Source of the DNA: a virus
Lineage: Duplodnaviria > Caudoviricetes
Length of the DNA: 64,000 bases
IMG/VR virus record: IMGVR_UViG_2885131123_000003
Coordinates: 31,504-95,503 of that record
Direction: 5' to 3' (one strand)
The notes beneath the pieces were generated by a model. The model was given only the letters and a program-made list of their open reading frames with translations. It was not told where the DNA came from and did not search any database. Below, piece by piece: positions 9,128 to 18,484 of the stretch. Within the stretch, counting starts at the first letter, position 1. Every line of letters starts with the position of its first letter. The position numbers and the translations under genes are program-made.

Positions 9128-9460
9128 ATGTATGAAATCAAAGAAAACAGACGCAGATTGAAGGATGGAACAGAAATCTCTACCTACACCCGTGATGTTG
9201 TGAGCTGCAACATTCTTGAAGTGGAAGCTGGTACCACAGGCTATAGGGGTGGCGACACTGGTCACGGCGGACGCACCTATTTTCGCATCAAGGATGCGGC
9301 CTGCACCGATATGGATGTCCATGTTATGCGAGATCGCTTTGGTGATGCAGAAGGCTTCGAGGTCATGCTGGGTGGTGATTGTGAGCTTGAAACCATGATC
9401 CGCGCGCTCAAATTCATCACAAAGGTTCTAGAGGAAGAAGCTCAGGAGGTGTACGACTGA
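9128..9460 (+). CDS. Conserved phage hypothetical protein
   Basis: AGGAGG RBS; GTTGYRGGDTGHGGRT; translationally coupled to primase. Confidence 0.75.
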   Translation: MYEIKENRRRLKDGTEISTYTRDVVSCNILEVEAGTTGYRGGDTGHGGRTYFRIKDAACTDMDVHVMRDRFGDAEGFEVMLGGDCELETMIRALKFITKVLEEEAQEVYD

Positions 9461-11733
9461 TGTTTACCATTTACAGCGCGGACGTTACCGGCAATCCCGG
9501 TAACTGCTCCTACCCTCATAAACACATCATCCTGGATGAAGATAGCCTGAAGACCGCCGTCAGTCATGACTATGTGTGCGCAGAATATAAGAACAGCTAT
9601 CGTAATGGCGACAACTTCATCGGCAGTGACTGTCTTCCAGTTGACTGTGATAATGATCATTCTGAGAATCCGGAAGACTGGATCACTCCAGAAGATGTCT
9701 TGCAGGCCTTTCCAGGTGTGACCTTCGCAGTCCATTACAGCCGCTTCAATAACAGAGTAAAAAACGGTAAGCCCGCAAGGCCCAAGTTTCACATTCTCTT
9801 TCCGATTGATTATGTGACAGACGCTGCCTTTTACAGCAACATGAAAAAGCTAGTCAATTCCATCTTTCCCTATTTCGATACGAAGGCCCTGGATGCAGCT
9901 CGCTTCTTCTTTGGCACTACTGCTGCGGAGGTTGCTTTATATCCGGGACGCATGAATCTAACTGAATATCTCAATGAGGATATTTTCGATGAGGATATGC
10001 CGGAAGGTCAATATGATGGCGCAACGATTCCCGAAGGCAGTCGTAATGCAACCATGTCTCGTTTTGCCGGAAAGGTCATCAAGAAATATGGTGACGGTGA
10101 CACGGCTTATCAGGCATTTCTGGAAGAAGCAGATAAATGCGATCCGCCACTGGATGCCGCTGAACTTGCCACCATCTGGCACAGTGCCCAGCGCTTCTAT
10201 GCACGTGTTCAGCAGCAGGAGGGCTATGTTGCACCGGAGCTCTACAACGATCCTTCCTGTTATAAACCAGAGGATTACTCCGATGTAGGGCAGGCCGAAG
10301 TATTGGCGAAGTACTTCTCAAACGAGCTCCGCTATTCTCCTGCTACCCACTTTATCCGCTACTCTGACCACTACTGGCAGGAATCAGAGCCGGGGGCTCA
10401 GGCCGTGGCTCATGAGCTTACCCGCAGACAGCTGAAGGAAGCAAATCGAGACCTCATGGAATCACTGGATAAGATGAAGAATTGCGGTGCCCAAAATATC
10501 CTCGACAGCACATCAAAGGCCAAGGCAGAACAGCTTATGAACGATCAGCAACTGGAGGTCTATCGTGAACTTTTGGCGGCCAAGGCTTATCAAACATTTG
10601 CCATCAAGCGCCGTGATTCAAAGAATGTGACTTCTACTTTGAAGGAATCCCATCCGATGCTGGAGATTTCTCCCCGTGACCTGGACGCAGACTGCTTTGC
10701 GCTCTGTACCCCAGAGGCAACCTTTGATCTTCGTCAGGGTATGTCCGGAGCCAGGGAGCATTCGCCGGAGGACTTTATCACCAAGATTACCAGCGTTTCA
10801 CCAAACCAGAAAGGCATGCAGATTTGGCTGGACAGCTTAAATCTCATCTTCCAGCACAATCAGGAGCTCATCGATTACGTCCAGATGATCTGTGGGCTTG
10901 CTGCAATCGGTAAGGTTTACGTGGAGGCGCTGATCATCGCCTATGGTGATGGCCGCAACGGTAAGTCTACCTTCTGGAATGCCATCTCCCGCGTGCTGGG
11001 CCTTTACTCCGGGAACATTTCTGCGGATACCCTGACCGTAGGTTGTCGCAGAAACATCAAACCGGAAATGGCAGAGGTCAAGGGTAAGCGACTTCTCATT
11101 GCTGCCGAGATGCAGGAAGGTGCAAGGCTCAATGATTCTACCGTCAAGCAGCTCTGCTCTACCGATGATGTCTTTGCTGAGAAAAAGTACAAGGATCCTT
11201 TTTCCTTCAAGCCCTGCCACACACTGGTGCTGTATACCAACCACCTGCCTCGCGTCAGTGCCTCTGATGATGGTATCTGGAGGCGACTGATCGTTATTCC
11301 TTTTAATGCCAAGATCACCGGAAGCAGCGACGTCAAGAATTACAGTGAGTATCTCTATGACAATGCTGGCGGCGCGATCCTCTCCTGGATCATCGAAGGC
11401 AGCAAGAAGGTTATCGATGCTGACTACCACATCCCGGTTCCGGTCTGCGTGCAGAATGCCATCGATGATTACCGCAGCCAGAATGACTGGTTCGGGCATT
11501 TCTTAGAAGATAAGTGCATCATAGGTGATGCGTATAAAGAAAACTCCTCTAACCTATATCAGGCCTACCGCAATCACTGCATCGATTGCAATGAGTATGT
11601 ACGCTCCACAGCGGACTTCTACTTTGCTATGGAAAATGCCGGATACGAGCGTGTCACCTTGAGTCGAAAGCGCTATTTTAAGGGACTACGCCTGCGGACT
11701 GAGGACGATTTTGATGAGGAATTTTTAGACTGA
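9460..11733 (+). CDS. P4-family primase/helicase (primase, PriCT, D5-like SF3 helicase)
   Basis: DCDND, RPKFH, EGSRNATM, Walker A GDGRNGKST. Confidence 0.92.
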   Translation: MFTIYSADVTGNPGNCSYPHKHIILDEDSLKTAVSHDYVCAEYKNSYRNGDNFIGSDCLPVDCDNDHSENPEDWITPEDVLQAFPGVTFAVHYSRFNNRVKNGKPARPKFHILFPIDYVTDAAFYSNMKKLVNSIFPYFDTKALDAARFFFGTTAAEVALYPGRMNLTEYLNEDIFDEDMPEGQYDGATIPEGSRNATMSRFAGKVIKKYGDGDTAYQAFLEEADKCDPPLDAAELATIWHSAQRFYARVQQQEGYVAPELYNDPSCYKPEDYSDVGQAEVLAKYFSNELRYSPATHFIRYSDHYWQESEPGAQAVAHELTRRQLKEANRDLMESLDKMKNCGAQNILDSTSKAKAEQLMNDQQLEVYRELLAAKAYQTFAIKRRDSKNVTSTLKESHPMLEISPRDLDADCFALCTPEATFDLRQGMSGAREHSPEDFITKITSVSPNQKGMQIWLDSLNLIFQHNQELIDYVQMICGLAAIGKVYVEALIIAYGDGRNGKSTFWNAISRVLGLYSGNISADTLTVGCRRNIKPEMAEVKGKRLLIAAEMQEGARLNDSTVKQLCSTDDVFAEKKYKDPFSFKPCHTLVLYTNHLPRVSASDDGIWRRLIVIPFNAKITGSSDVKNYSEYLYDNAGGAILSWIIEGSKKVIDADYHIPVPVCVQNAIDDYRSQNDWFGHFLEDKCIIGDAYKENSSNLYQAYRNHCIDCNEYVRSTADFYFAMENAGYERVTLSRKRYFKGLRLRTEDDFDEEFLD

Positions 11734-11744
11734 TTGAACCTAAC

Positions 11745-11839
11745 GACAATGTGTATCAATGTCTCTGTATAAACTTTTCTATAGGCTATAAAAAATCATA
11801 TATAGAAAAGTTATGTAAATACCATTGATACACCTTGCA
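11745..11839. repeat. Nested palindrome, candidate replication origin (copy A)
   Basis: GTGTATCAATG/CATTGATACAC and AACTTTTCTATA/TATAGAAAAGTT arms; inverted homolog at 49523-49617. Confidence 0.6.
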
Positions 11840-11873
11840 CATCAGAAAATTATTCACTGATTGGAGAATGACA

Positions 11874-12155
11874 ATGTTAGAAAAACAGATAGAAAACAAG
11901 TTAACCCGGATGGTAAAGCAGCATGGAGGCATCGCTGTAAAATTCGTGTCTCCGAGCTTTGCGGGAATGCCGGACCGTCTCGTCTTATTACCTGATGGGA
12001 TCATCGCCTTCGTAGAGCTGAAGGCTCCTGGGAAAAAGCCTCGCCCGCTTCAGTTAGCCAGACACAGGCTGCTACGTTCACTTGGCTTTCAGGTCTATAT
12101 GATTGATGGCGTGGAACAGATTGGAGGAATGCTTCATGAACTTCTCACCCCATAA
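11874..12155 (+). CDS. VRR-NUC domain nuclease
   Basis: GMPDRLVL..FVELKAPG. Confidence 0.88.
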   Translation: MLEKQIENKLTRMVKQHGGIAVKFVSPSFAGMPDRLVLLPDGIIAFVELKAPGKKPRPLQLARHRLLRSLGFQVYMIDGVEQIGGMLHELLTP

Positions 12156-13479
12156 TTATCAGTCCTATGCCATCAACTATATCGAAACGCATCCTATCGC
12201 TGCAGTTCTCCTCGATATGGGTCTTGGCAAAACGGTCATTTCCCTGACTGCCATCGCAGACCTGCTGTTTGACAGCTTTGAGGCACATCGTATCCTGGTG
12301 GTCGCTCCTCTTCGAGTAGCCCGTGATACCTGGCCTGCGGAAATTGCAAAATGGGAGCACCTGCAGCATCTGACCTACGCCGTCTGCGTGGGGACACCGA
12401 AGGAACGACACATGGCGCTTTTGTCCGGAGCCGACATCACCATCATTAACCGTGAGAACCTTGGCTGGCTGATTGATTCCAGTGGCTTTGACTTTGATTA
12501 CGATATGGTCATCATTGATGAGCTCTCTTCCTTCAAGAATCACAAGTCCAAGCGATTTCAAGCTCTGATGAAGGTCAGACCTAAAGTAAAACGAATCATC
12601 GGTCTTACCGGCACACCTTCTTCCAATGGTCTTATGGATCTGTGGGCCGAATTCAAGCTTCTGGATTTTGGAGAACGTTTAGGACGCTTCATCACCCACT
12701 ACCGTAACAACTACTTTATCCCGGACAAGCGAAATGGCGAAATCATCTACTCCTACAAACCAATGCCTTATGCGGAGGATGCCATCTACCGGAGAATATC
12801 GGATATTACGATTTCCATGAAATCTACCGATCACCTGCAGATGCCGGAGTTAATCACATCGCAATACGAAGTGCAGCTGTCTGAGGAAGAAACTCAGCGA
12901 TACGAGGAACTCAAGGCAGACTTTATATTGGAGCTCCCAGAAGGAGAGATCACTGCTGCCAACGCGGCTTCTCTTACCGGTAAACTCTCCCAGCTGGCCA
13001 ACGGTGCCATTTATGATGATGCCGGTAATATCATCGAGTTCCATGATCGGAAGCTGGATGCCTTAGAGGATCTTATCGAAGCCGCCAATGGCAAACCGCT
13101 CCTGGTAGCTTACTGGTTCAAGCACGACCTGCAGCGAATCAAGAAGCGCTTTAATGTCCGTGAGATAAAATCCAGCAAGGATATCACTGATTGGAACAAT
13201 GGCGATATTCCTGTTGCTGTCATTCATCCTGCATCCGCCGGTCATGGACTCAACCTGCAGGCTGGCGGTTCTACCCTTATCTGGTTTGGGCTGACCTGGT
13301 CACTGGAATTATATCAGCAGACCAACGCTCGTCTCTGGAGACAGGGACAGACCTCCGGAACCGTGGTGATAGAACATATCATTACCAAAGGCACTATTGA
13401 TGAACGTATCTTAAAGGCGCTGTCCCTGAAGGAAGTCACACAAAACGCATTAATTGATGCGGTAAAAGCAAATCTATGA
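12136..13479 (+). CDS. SNF2-family helicase
   Basis: DMGLGKT, IIDELS, LTGTP, GHGLNLQ, QTNARLWRQGQ. Confidence 0.92.
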   Translation: MNFSPHNYQSYAINYIETHPIAAVLLDMGLGKTVISLTAIADLLFDSFEAHRILVVAPLRVARDTWPAEIAKWEHLQHLTYAVCVGTPKERHMALLSGADITIINRENLGWLIDSSGFDFDYDMVIIDELSSFKNHKSKRFQALMKVRPKVKRIIGLTGTPSSNGLMDLWAEFKLLDFGERLGRFITHYRNNYFIPDKRNGEIIYSYKPMPYAEDAIYRRISDITISMKSTDHLQMPELITSQYEVQLSEEETQRYEELKADFILELPEGEITAANAASLTGKLSQLANGAIYDDAGNIIEFHDRKLDALEDLIEAANGKPLLVAYWFKHDLQRIKKRFNVREIKSSKDITDWNNGDIPVAVIHPASAGHGLNLQAGGSTLIWFGLTWSLELYQQTNARLWRQGQTSGTVVIEHIITKGTIDERILKALSLKEVTQNALIDAVKANL

Positions 13480-13534
13480 CAATCTACGACAACATAGGTC
13501 AATCCGAGGGAATTTCATTATTCGGAGGTACGCT

Positions 13535-13969
13535 ATGAATGCAAAAGAATATTTATCCCAGGCCCGTAACCTGGATCAGCGCATTATCACAAAAAACCAG
13601 ATGATTGACTCCTTAAACGATCTGGCTACCCGCTGCACCGCTACTTATTCGGATATGCCTAAGAGCCCAAACCGTGGTAACTCCCGTCTGGAGGAATGTG
13701 TCATGAAGATCATCGACCTGGAGGAACAGATTACAGAAGATATGGAAAAGCTGGTGAATTTGAAGAAAGAAATCACTCATGCAATCCAGTCCGTTTCCAA
13801 TCCTGAATATCAGGATCTTCTGGCAAAGCGCTACATCTGCTGTGAATCCTGGGAAAAGATCGCCGTGGATATGAACTACGAGCTTCGCTATATTCACAAG
13901 CTCCACAGCCGTGCGCTGCAGGAAATAAAAATTCCTGAGCCAACCGAAGATGGGCACGAAAAGACATAG
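13535..13969 (+). CDS. ArpU/RinA-like (DUF1492-type) late transcription activator
   Basis: AKEYLSQ N-terminus, WEKIAVDMNY HTH, position just upstream of HNH-terS. Confidence 0.75.
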   Translation: MNAKEYLSQARNLDQRIITKNQMIDSLNDLATRCTATYSDMPKSPNRGNSRLEECVMKIIDLEEQITEDMEKLVNLKKEITHAIQSVSNPEYQDLLAKRYICCESWEKIAVDMNYELRYIHKLHSRALQEIKIPEPTEDGHEKT

Positions 13970-14081
13970 AATGACACCATCAACTTCTGATAGTATTAGA
14001 CTAGCAAAAAAGATAATCACAGAAGCCTTGTAGGATCTACTTCCTGCAGGGCTTTTCTTATGCCGCAAGGAGGTGAAACTG

Positions 14082-14441
14082 ATGCCGAGAAAACCGAAGC
14101 GTCCCTGTTCTTATCCAGGCTGTCCTAATCTCACGGACGGTCGCTTCTGTGAGGAGCATGCCAAGGAGGAAGCCAGACGCTACGAACATTATGATAGAGA
14201 CCCAGCCACCAAGCGTCGCTACGGTCGTGCATGGAAACGCATCCGTGACAGCTATGCCGCTGCTCATCCGCTTTGTGAAGAGTGCCTTGCGAAGGGTGTT
14301 TATACACCAACCGAGGAGATTCATCACATGCTTCCGCTCTCTCAGGGCGGAACCCATGACCGTGAGAACCTGAAAGCCTTGTGCAAGGCCTGCCATGCAC
14401 GCATTCATGCAGAACGCGGTGACCGCTGGCACAACGCATAA
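14082..14441 (+). CDS. HNH endonuclease, terminase-associated
   Basis: PLCEEC..IHH..GG..NLKALCKACH. Confidence 0.9.
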   Translation: MPRKPKRPCSYPGCPNLTDGRFCEEHAKEEARRYEHYDRDPATKRRYGRAWKRIRDSYAAAHPLCEECLAKGVYTPTEEIHHMLPLSQGGTHDRENLKALCKACHARIHAERGDRWHNA

Positions 14442-14587
14442 AGCGGATGCATTTTCTTTGTGCATCACTCCCCCAGGGGCGGTCTGAATCTCTACGGCGC
14501 AGCTGCCGTGGAACGGGCGTGGGGTCTCACGCACAAAAACGCGTTTTCAAACGGGGTAATAGGCCCCGGACAAGGAGGTGAATCATT

Positions 14588-15142
14588 TTGGCTAAGGACG
14601 GAACCAACCGTGGCGGCGCTCGTATCGGTGCCGGAGCCAAGAAAAAGCCCTTAGCTGACAAAATCACTGAGGGTAATCCGGGCAAGCGAAAGCTGACTGT
14701 CATCGAGTTTGAAGATCAAGCTGCAGATTTAGAAGGTCAGCAAATGCCCAAACCATCCAAGCTCTTATCCGCCACACAGAAAGACGGCAAGCCACTGGTG
14801 GCTGAAGAAGTATATAAGGCAACCTGGGAATGGCTGGCAGAGCGCAGGTGTGCATCGCTTGTTTCTCCCCAGCTTCTGGAACGCTATGCCATGAGTGTTG
14901 CCAGGTGGATTCAGTGTGAGGAAGCAATCACAGACTACGGTTTTCTCGCCAAGCACCCTACAACGGGAAATGCCATGCAATCTCCCTACGTAGCCATGAG
15001 CCAGAATTTTATGAGCCAGACAAACCGGCTCTGGATGGAAATCTATCAAATCGTAAAAGAAAATTGCGCGACGGAGTACAAGGGCGAAACGCCTATGGAT
15101 GATGCGATGGAGCGCCTGCTCCGTGCAAGGAAAGGAAACTGA
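14588..15142 (+). CDS. terS: Terminase small subunit (P27 family)
   Basis: RGGARIGAG N-terminus, AMQSPYV; position. Confidence 0.8.
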   Translation: MAKDGTNRGGARIGAGAKKKPLADKITEGNPGKRKLTVIEFEDQAADLEGQQMPKPSKLLSATQKDGKPLVAEEVYKATWEWLAERRCASLVSPQLLERYAMSVARWIQCEEAITDYGFLAKHPTTGNAMQSPYVAMSQNFMSQTNRLWMEIYQIVKENCATEYKGETPMDDAMERLLRARKGN

Positions 15143-15143
15143 T

Positions 15144-15299
15144 ATGGACTATCGTGAATTTATGAATCTACTGAAAAGCTATCGCAAGCAGCTGAGCTTT
15201 CAGCAGTTCAGCACACTTCGTGGTCAAGCTAAGGCCGGTGATATTGATGCCGCCTACAAGGGCCTACAGAAAATACTCAGGAGGAACGCACCATGCTAA
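15144..15299 (+). CDS. Small hypothetical protein (51 aa)
   Basis: AAAGGA RBS; coupled between terS and the MTase. Confidence 0.55.
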   Translation: MDYREFMNLLKSYRKQLSFQQFSTLRGQAKAGDIDAAYKGLQKILRRNAPC

Positions 15300-16540
15300 T
15301 TGAAAAGAAAAATGTCACTGAGCTACTTCCTGCTGATTACAATCCTCGTAAGGATTTAAGGCCTGGCGATCCAGAATATGAAAAGTTGAAACGCTCCATC
15401 GAGCAGTTCGGATATGTGGAACCCGTCATCTGGAATTCCACTACCGGTCGCGTGATTGGCGGGCATCAGCGCTTAAAGGTTCTCCAGGACATGGGTATGA
15501 CGGAAGTTGACTGCGTCGTTGTAGAGCTTGATGAGGAACACGAAAAGGCACTGAATGTTGCGCTCAATAAAATCAGCGGCGAATGGGACAACGACAAATT
15601 AGCACTGTTAATCGCCGACCTGCAAGGTGCTGACTTCGATGTCTCTCTCACCGGTTTTGAGCCTGCTGAGCTTGACGACCTGTTTAAGGAGGATGTGAAG
15701 GATGGCATCAAGGAAGATGATTTTGACGTCGATGCTGAGCTTGCAAAGCCTACCATAACTAAGTCCGGTGACCTCTGGTGCCTTGGTCCGCACAGACTTC
15801 TCTGTGGCGACAGCACAAAGGCTGAAAGCTATGAGCTTTTGATGGCTGGCAAGAAGGCAAATCTGGTGGTCACGGATCCGCCTTACAATGTAAACTATGA
15901 AGGCTCCGCTGGTAAGATCCAGAATGACAATATGGATAATGACTCCTTCTATCAGTTCTTGCTGGATGCCTTCACCAATATGGAAGCAGTCATGGCCGAT
16001 GACGCATCCATCTATGTGTTCCATGCAGATACAGAAGGCCTGAATTTTAGAAAAGCTTTCTCTGATGCAGGCTTCTATCTTTCCGGCTGTTGTATCTGGA
16101 AGAAGCCCTCCCTGGTGCTGGGCCGTTCACCATATCAATGGCAGCATGAGCCTTGCCTCTTTGGCTGGAAGAAAAATGGCAAGCATCAATGGTACTCCGG
16201 TCGCAAGGAAACCACGATCTGGGAATTTGAAAAGCCTAAGAAAAATGCAGATCATCCGACTATGAAGCCGGTGGCATTGATTGCCTACCCGATCATGAAT
16301 TCAAGTCTTACAAACTGCATCGTGCTTGATCCCTTCGGAGGCTCCGGCAGCACGCTGATTGCCTGCGAACAGACCGGTCGCATCTGCCACACAGTTGAAT
16401 TAGACGAGAAATACGCAGACGTCATCGTGAAGCGCTACATCGAACAGGTAGGCTCTTCCGATGGCGTTTCTGTTATCCGTGATGGTCTGACTTACCAATA
16501 CGATGAAGTCGCTATCTCCGAAGAATCCCTGCAGGCATAA
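15293..16540 (+). CDS. ParB-like domain plus N6A/N4C DNA methyltransferase
   Basis: YNPRK..GGHQR; TDPPYNV; HPTMKP; VLDPFGGSGST. Confidence 0.92.
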   Translation: MLIEKKNVTELLPADYNPRKDLRPGDPEYEKLKRSIEQFGYVEPVIWNSTTGRVIGGHQRLKVLQDMGMTEVDCVVVELDEEHEKALNVALNKISGEWDNDKLALLIADLQGADFDVSLTGFEPAELDDLFKEDVKDGIKEDDFDVDAELAKPTITKSGDLWCLGPHRLLCGDSTKAESYELLMAGKKANLVVTDPPYNVNYEGSAGKIQNDNMDNDSFYQFLLDAFTNMEAVMADDASIYVFHADTEGLNFRKAFSDAGFYLSGCCIWKKPSLVLGRSPYQWQHEPCLFGWKKNGKHQWYSGRKETTIWEFEKPKKNADHPTMKPVALIAYPIMNSSLTNCIVLDPFGGSGSTLIACEQTGRICHTVELDEKYADVIVKRYIEQVGSSDGVSVIRDGLTYQYDEVAISEESLQA

Positions 16541-16569
16541 TACACACGATTTGCTGCAACACTCCAGCG

Positions 16570-16643
16570 GATCTTTGGTACATATATTCGCTCTGAATCG
16601 CTTGATAATATGTGCCTTCAGAGTGATATATGTACTACCAAAA
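16570..16643 (+). repeat. Promoter-cassette repeat, copy 1 (hairpin-forming)
   Basis: GATCTTTGGTACATATATT...CTTGATAATATGTGCCTTCAGAGTGATATATGTACTACCAAAA, repeated at 17608. Confidence 0.75.
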
Positions 16644-16660
16644 CAAAGGAGGATTCCACT

Positions 16661-17371
16661 ATGGAGATCAGATTTAACGTAACAGGAAGCGCCAGAAAAG
16701 AGCTGGTAGGGATTATTTCACAGGTAACCGGATGCAAGCAATTTTATAAAGGAATGCCAAGTGCCGCCTACGAAGTTGCAGACATTACCATCAGCAAGGA
16801 TGGCACCGTAAGCTACGACGAGCGAACAGAGGAAAACACCATCAAGGCAATCCTTGAACAGACTGCTACTGCAGGTTTTACCGCAGAGTTAGATGAAGCA
16901 CCGGCCACTGAGATACCAGAAGCACCCGCCACAACAGAAGCAAGCATTTCAGCGGCTGCAAAGGACATCGGCCTGGTGATTTCCTTCCCGGCTGACAAGG
17001 TCAACCTAGAAAATCTGCGAAAGCTTCTGGAGAGCAAATCAGACCTCATCAAGAAGGCCCTGGAGGTTGAAGCCTTCCCGATTGAGGAACACGATGATCA
17101 GGTCAGCTTCCCTTGGTGGCCTAGCATGCCGGACTTCGATGCCATCACCGCCTACACTGCTTTCCTTTCTGCCCTCTGCAAGATGAGTAAGGAGCAGAAG
17201 CGTATCACAGCTAAGGCAAAGCCGATAGATAATGAAAAATACGCCTTCCGCTGCTTTCTTCTTCGCCTCGGCTTCATCGGAGACGAATACAAGCAAAGCC
17301 GCAGGATCCTCTGCCGATACCTTTGCGGCAACAGCTCCTACGCAGGAGGTGAAGGCCATGTTATTCGCTAA
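16661..17371 (+). CDS. Conserved phage protein (often annotated virulence-related)
   Basis: AAGGAGG RBS; NEKYAFRCFLLRLGFIGDEYK motif. Confidence 0.75.
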   Translation: MEIRFNVTGSARKELVGIISQVTGCKQFYKGMPSAAYEVADITISKDGTVSYDERTEENTIKAILEQTATAGFTAELDEAPATEIPEAPATTEASISAAAKDIGLVISFPADKVNLENLRKLLESKSDLIKKALEVEAFPIEEHDDQVSFPWWPSMPDFDAITAYTAFLSALCKMSKEQKRITAKAKPIDNEKYAFRCFLLRLGFIGDEYKQSRRILCRYLCGNSSYAGGEGHVIR

Positions 17372-17576
17372 CAGAGCGCAGGTTGAACGCCTGCGCCTCC
17401 GCTATCCCATCGTAACCAGAGTGGAGCTTGTAGAGATGGACGATGCTCAGGCACCGCCCATTGGCACCCAGGGAACGGTAACCGGTGTGGATGATACCGG
17501 CAGCCTCCTGGTGGACTGGGATAATGGCTCCGGACTGAATGTAATCTATGGTATTGACCGAGTGAAAAAGCTGTAA
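17358..17576 (+). CDS. DUF4314 domain protein
   Basis: RVELVEMDD..PPIGTQGTVTGVDDTGSLLVDWDNGS. Confidence 0.8.
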   Translation: MLFANRAQVERLRLRYPIVTRVELVEMDDAQAPPIGTQGTVTGVDDTGSLLVDWDNGSGLNVIYGIDRVKKL

Positions 17577-17607
17577 TATACACAGTTTTCTCCTCCATAT
17601 AGCAGCC

Positions 17608-17682
17608 GATCTTTGGTACATATATTGTCCGTAATCAGCTTGCTATTATGTGCCTTCAGAGTGATATATGTACTACCAAAAG
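17608..17682 (+). repeat. Promoter-cassette repeat, copy 2
   Basis: Near-identical to 16570-16643 at both ends. Confidence 0.75.
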
Positions 17683-17702
17683 AAAACAAGGAGGCACACA
17701 CC

Positions 17703-18140
17703 ATGATGAACATTTTTGAAGAAGCTTACAGAGGAATCCAGGAAGCAAAAAAGGCTTACGCCACAGCAACTAACACGGCTGAGCAGGATGCAGCAAGAGC
17801 CATTTACAAGCAGGCAACCGCAAAGCTTGATGGCTTAAGCAACACAGAGCAGCGTATCTGGAGCGCTTATGAAACCGCCAAGGACTGTGGCAACGAGTAC
17901 ATCGACCTGAACGACACCATCCGCGATGACGAAGTCGAAGGCCTGGTGGCCTGCATGAAGAAATACGGCATTGAAGCCTTCACCTTCTCTTCCACCTGGA
18001 GCAGCGCAGTTGAAACCGCATGGCTTTTCCAAAAAGCCGGATGCACCTTGGCGGGCCTGATTGAGATCAACAGCCAGCACAAAGCCTTCATGAGCGATGA
18101 GTATGAAAAGGCACACGGATACCTTTTCAAGCTGAACTAA
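17703..18140 (+). CDS. Hypothetical protein
   Basis: AAGGAGG RBS directly after the repeat. Confidence 0.7.
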   Translation: MMNIFEEAYRGIQEAKKAYATATNTAEQDAARAIYKQATAKLDGLSNTEQRIWSAYETAKDCGNEYIDLNDTIRDDEVEGLVACMKKYGIEAFTFSSTWSSAVETAWLFQKAGCTLAGLIEINSQHKAFMSDEYEKAHGYLFKLN

Positions 18141-18153
18141 GGAGGGCAAAACC

Positions 18154-18381
18154 ATGTGGGCAGAAGGAAGCATCAAGATTGAAAACAGCATTTTTCATTA
18201 CTGGGTGAAGCATTATGAAGAGCCGAGCGAGGACTACGGCATTGACGGCGGTAGGATTTCAAAGCTCATGCTGAAGAGAAACGGTGAGATCGCCTACAAC
18301 TACGACAGAGGCCAGGACATCGAGCCGGTCGACGAAGAAACCAAAATGGCACTTGCCATTCTGATGAAGGAATACAACTAA
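18154..18381 (+). CDS. Hypothetical protein
   Basis: AAGGAGG RBS; YGIDGGRISKL..YNYDRG. Confidence 0.7.
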   Translation: MWAEGSIKIENSIFHYWVKHYEEPSEDYGIDGGRISKLMLKRNGEIAYNYDRGQDIEPVDEETKMALAILMKEYN

Positions 18382-18484
18382 GAACATTCCCGAAGGACCA
18401 CCCTCAAGGGTGTGTTCCTCGTTATACGATATTTATTGATGATGGTCGTGCCAATACGGTAACGACTTATTTTTATGCCCGGAG

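Noticed and set aside
16570-17682. Repeats as a CRISPR array
   Set aside because: Only two full copies 1 kb apart, separated by genes
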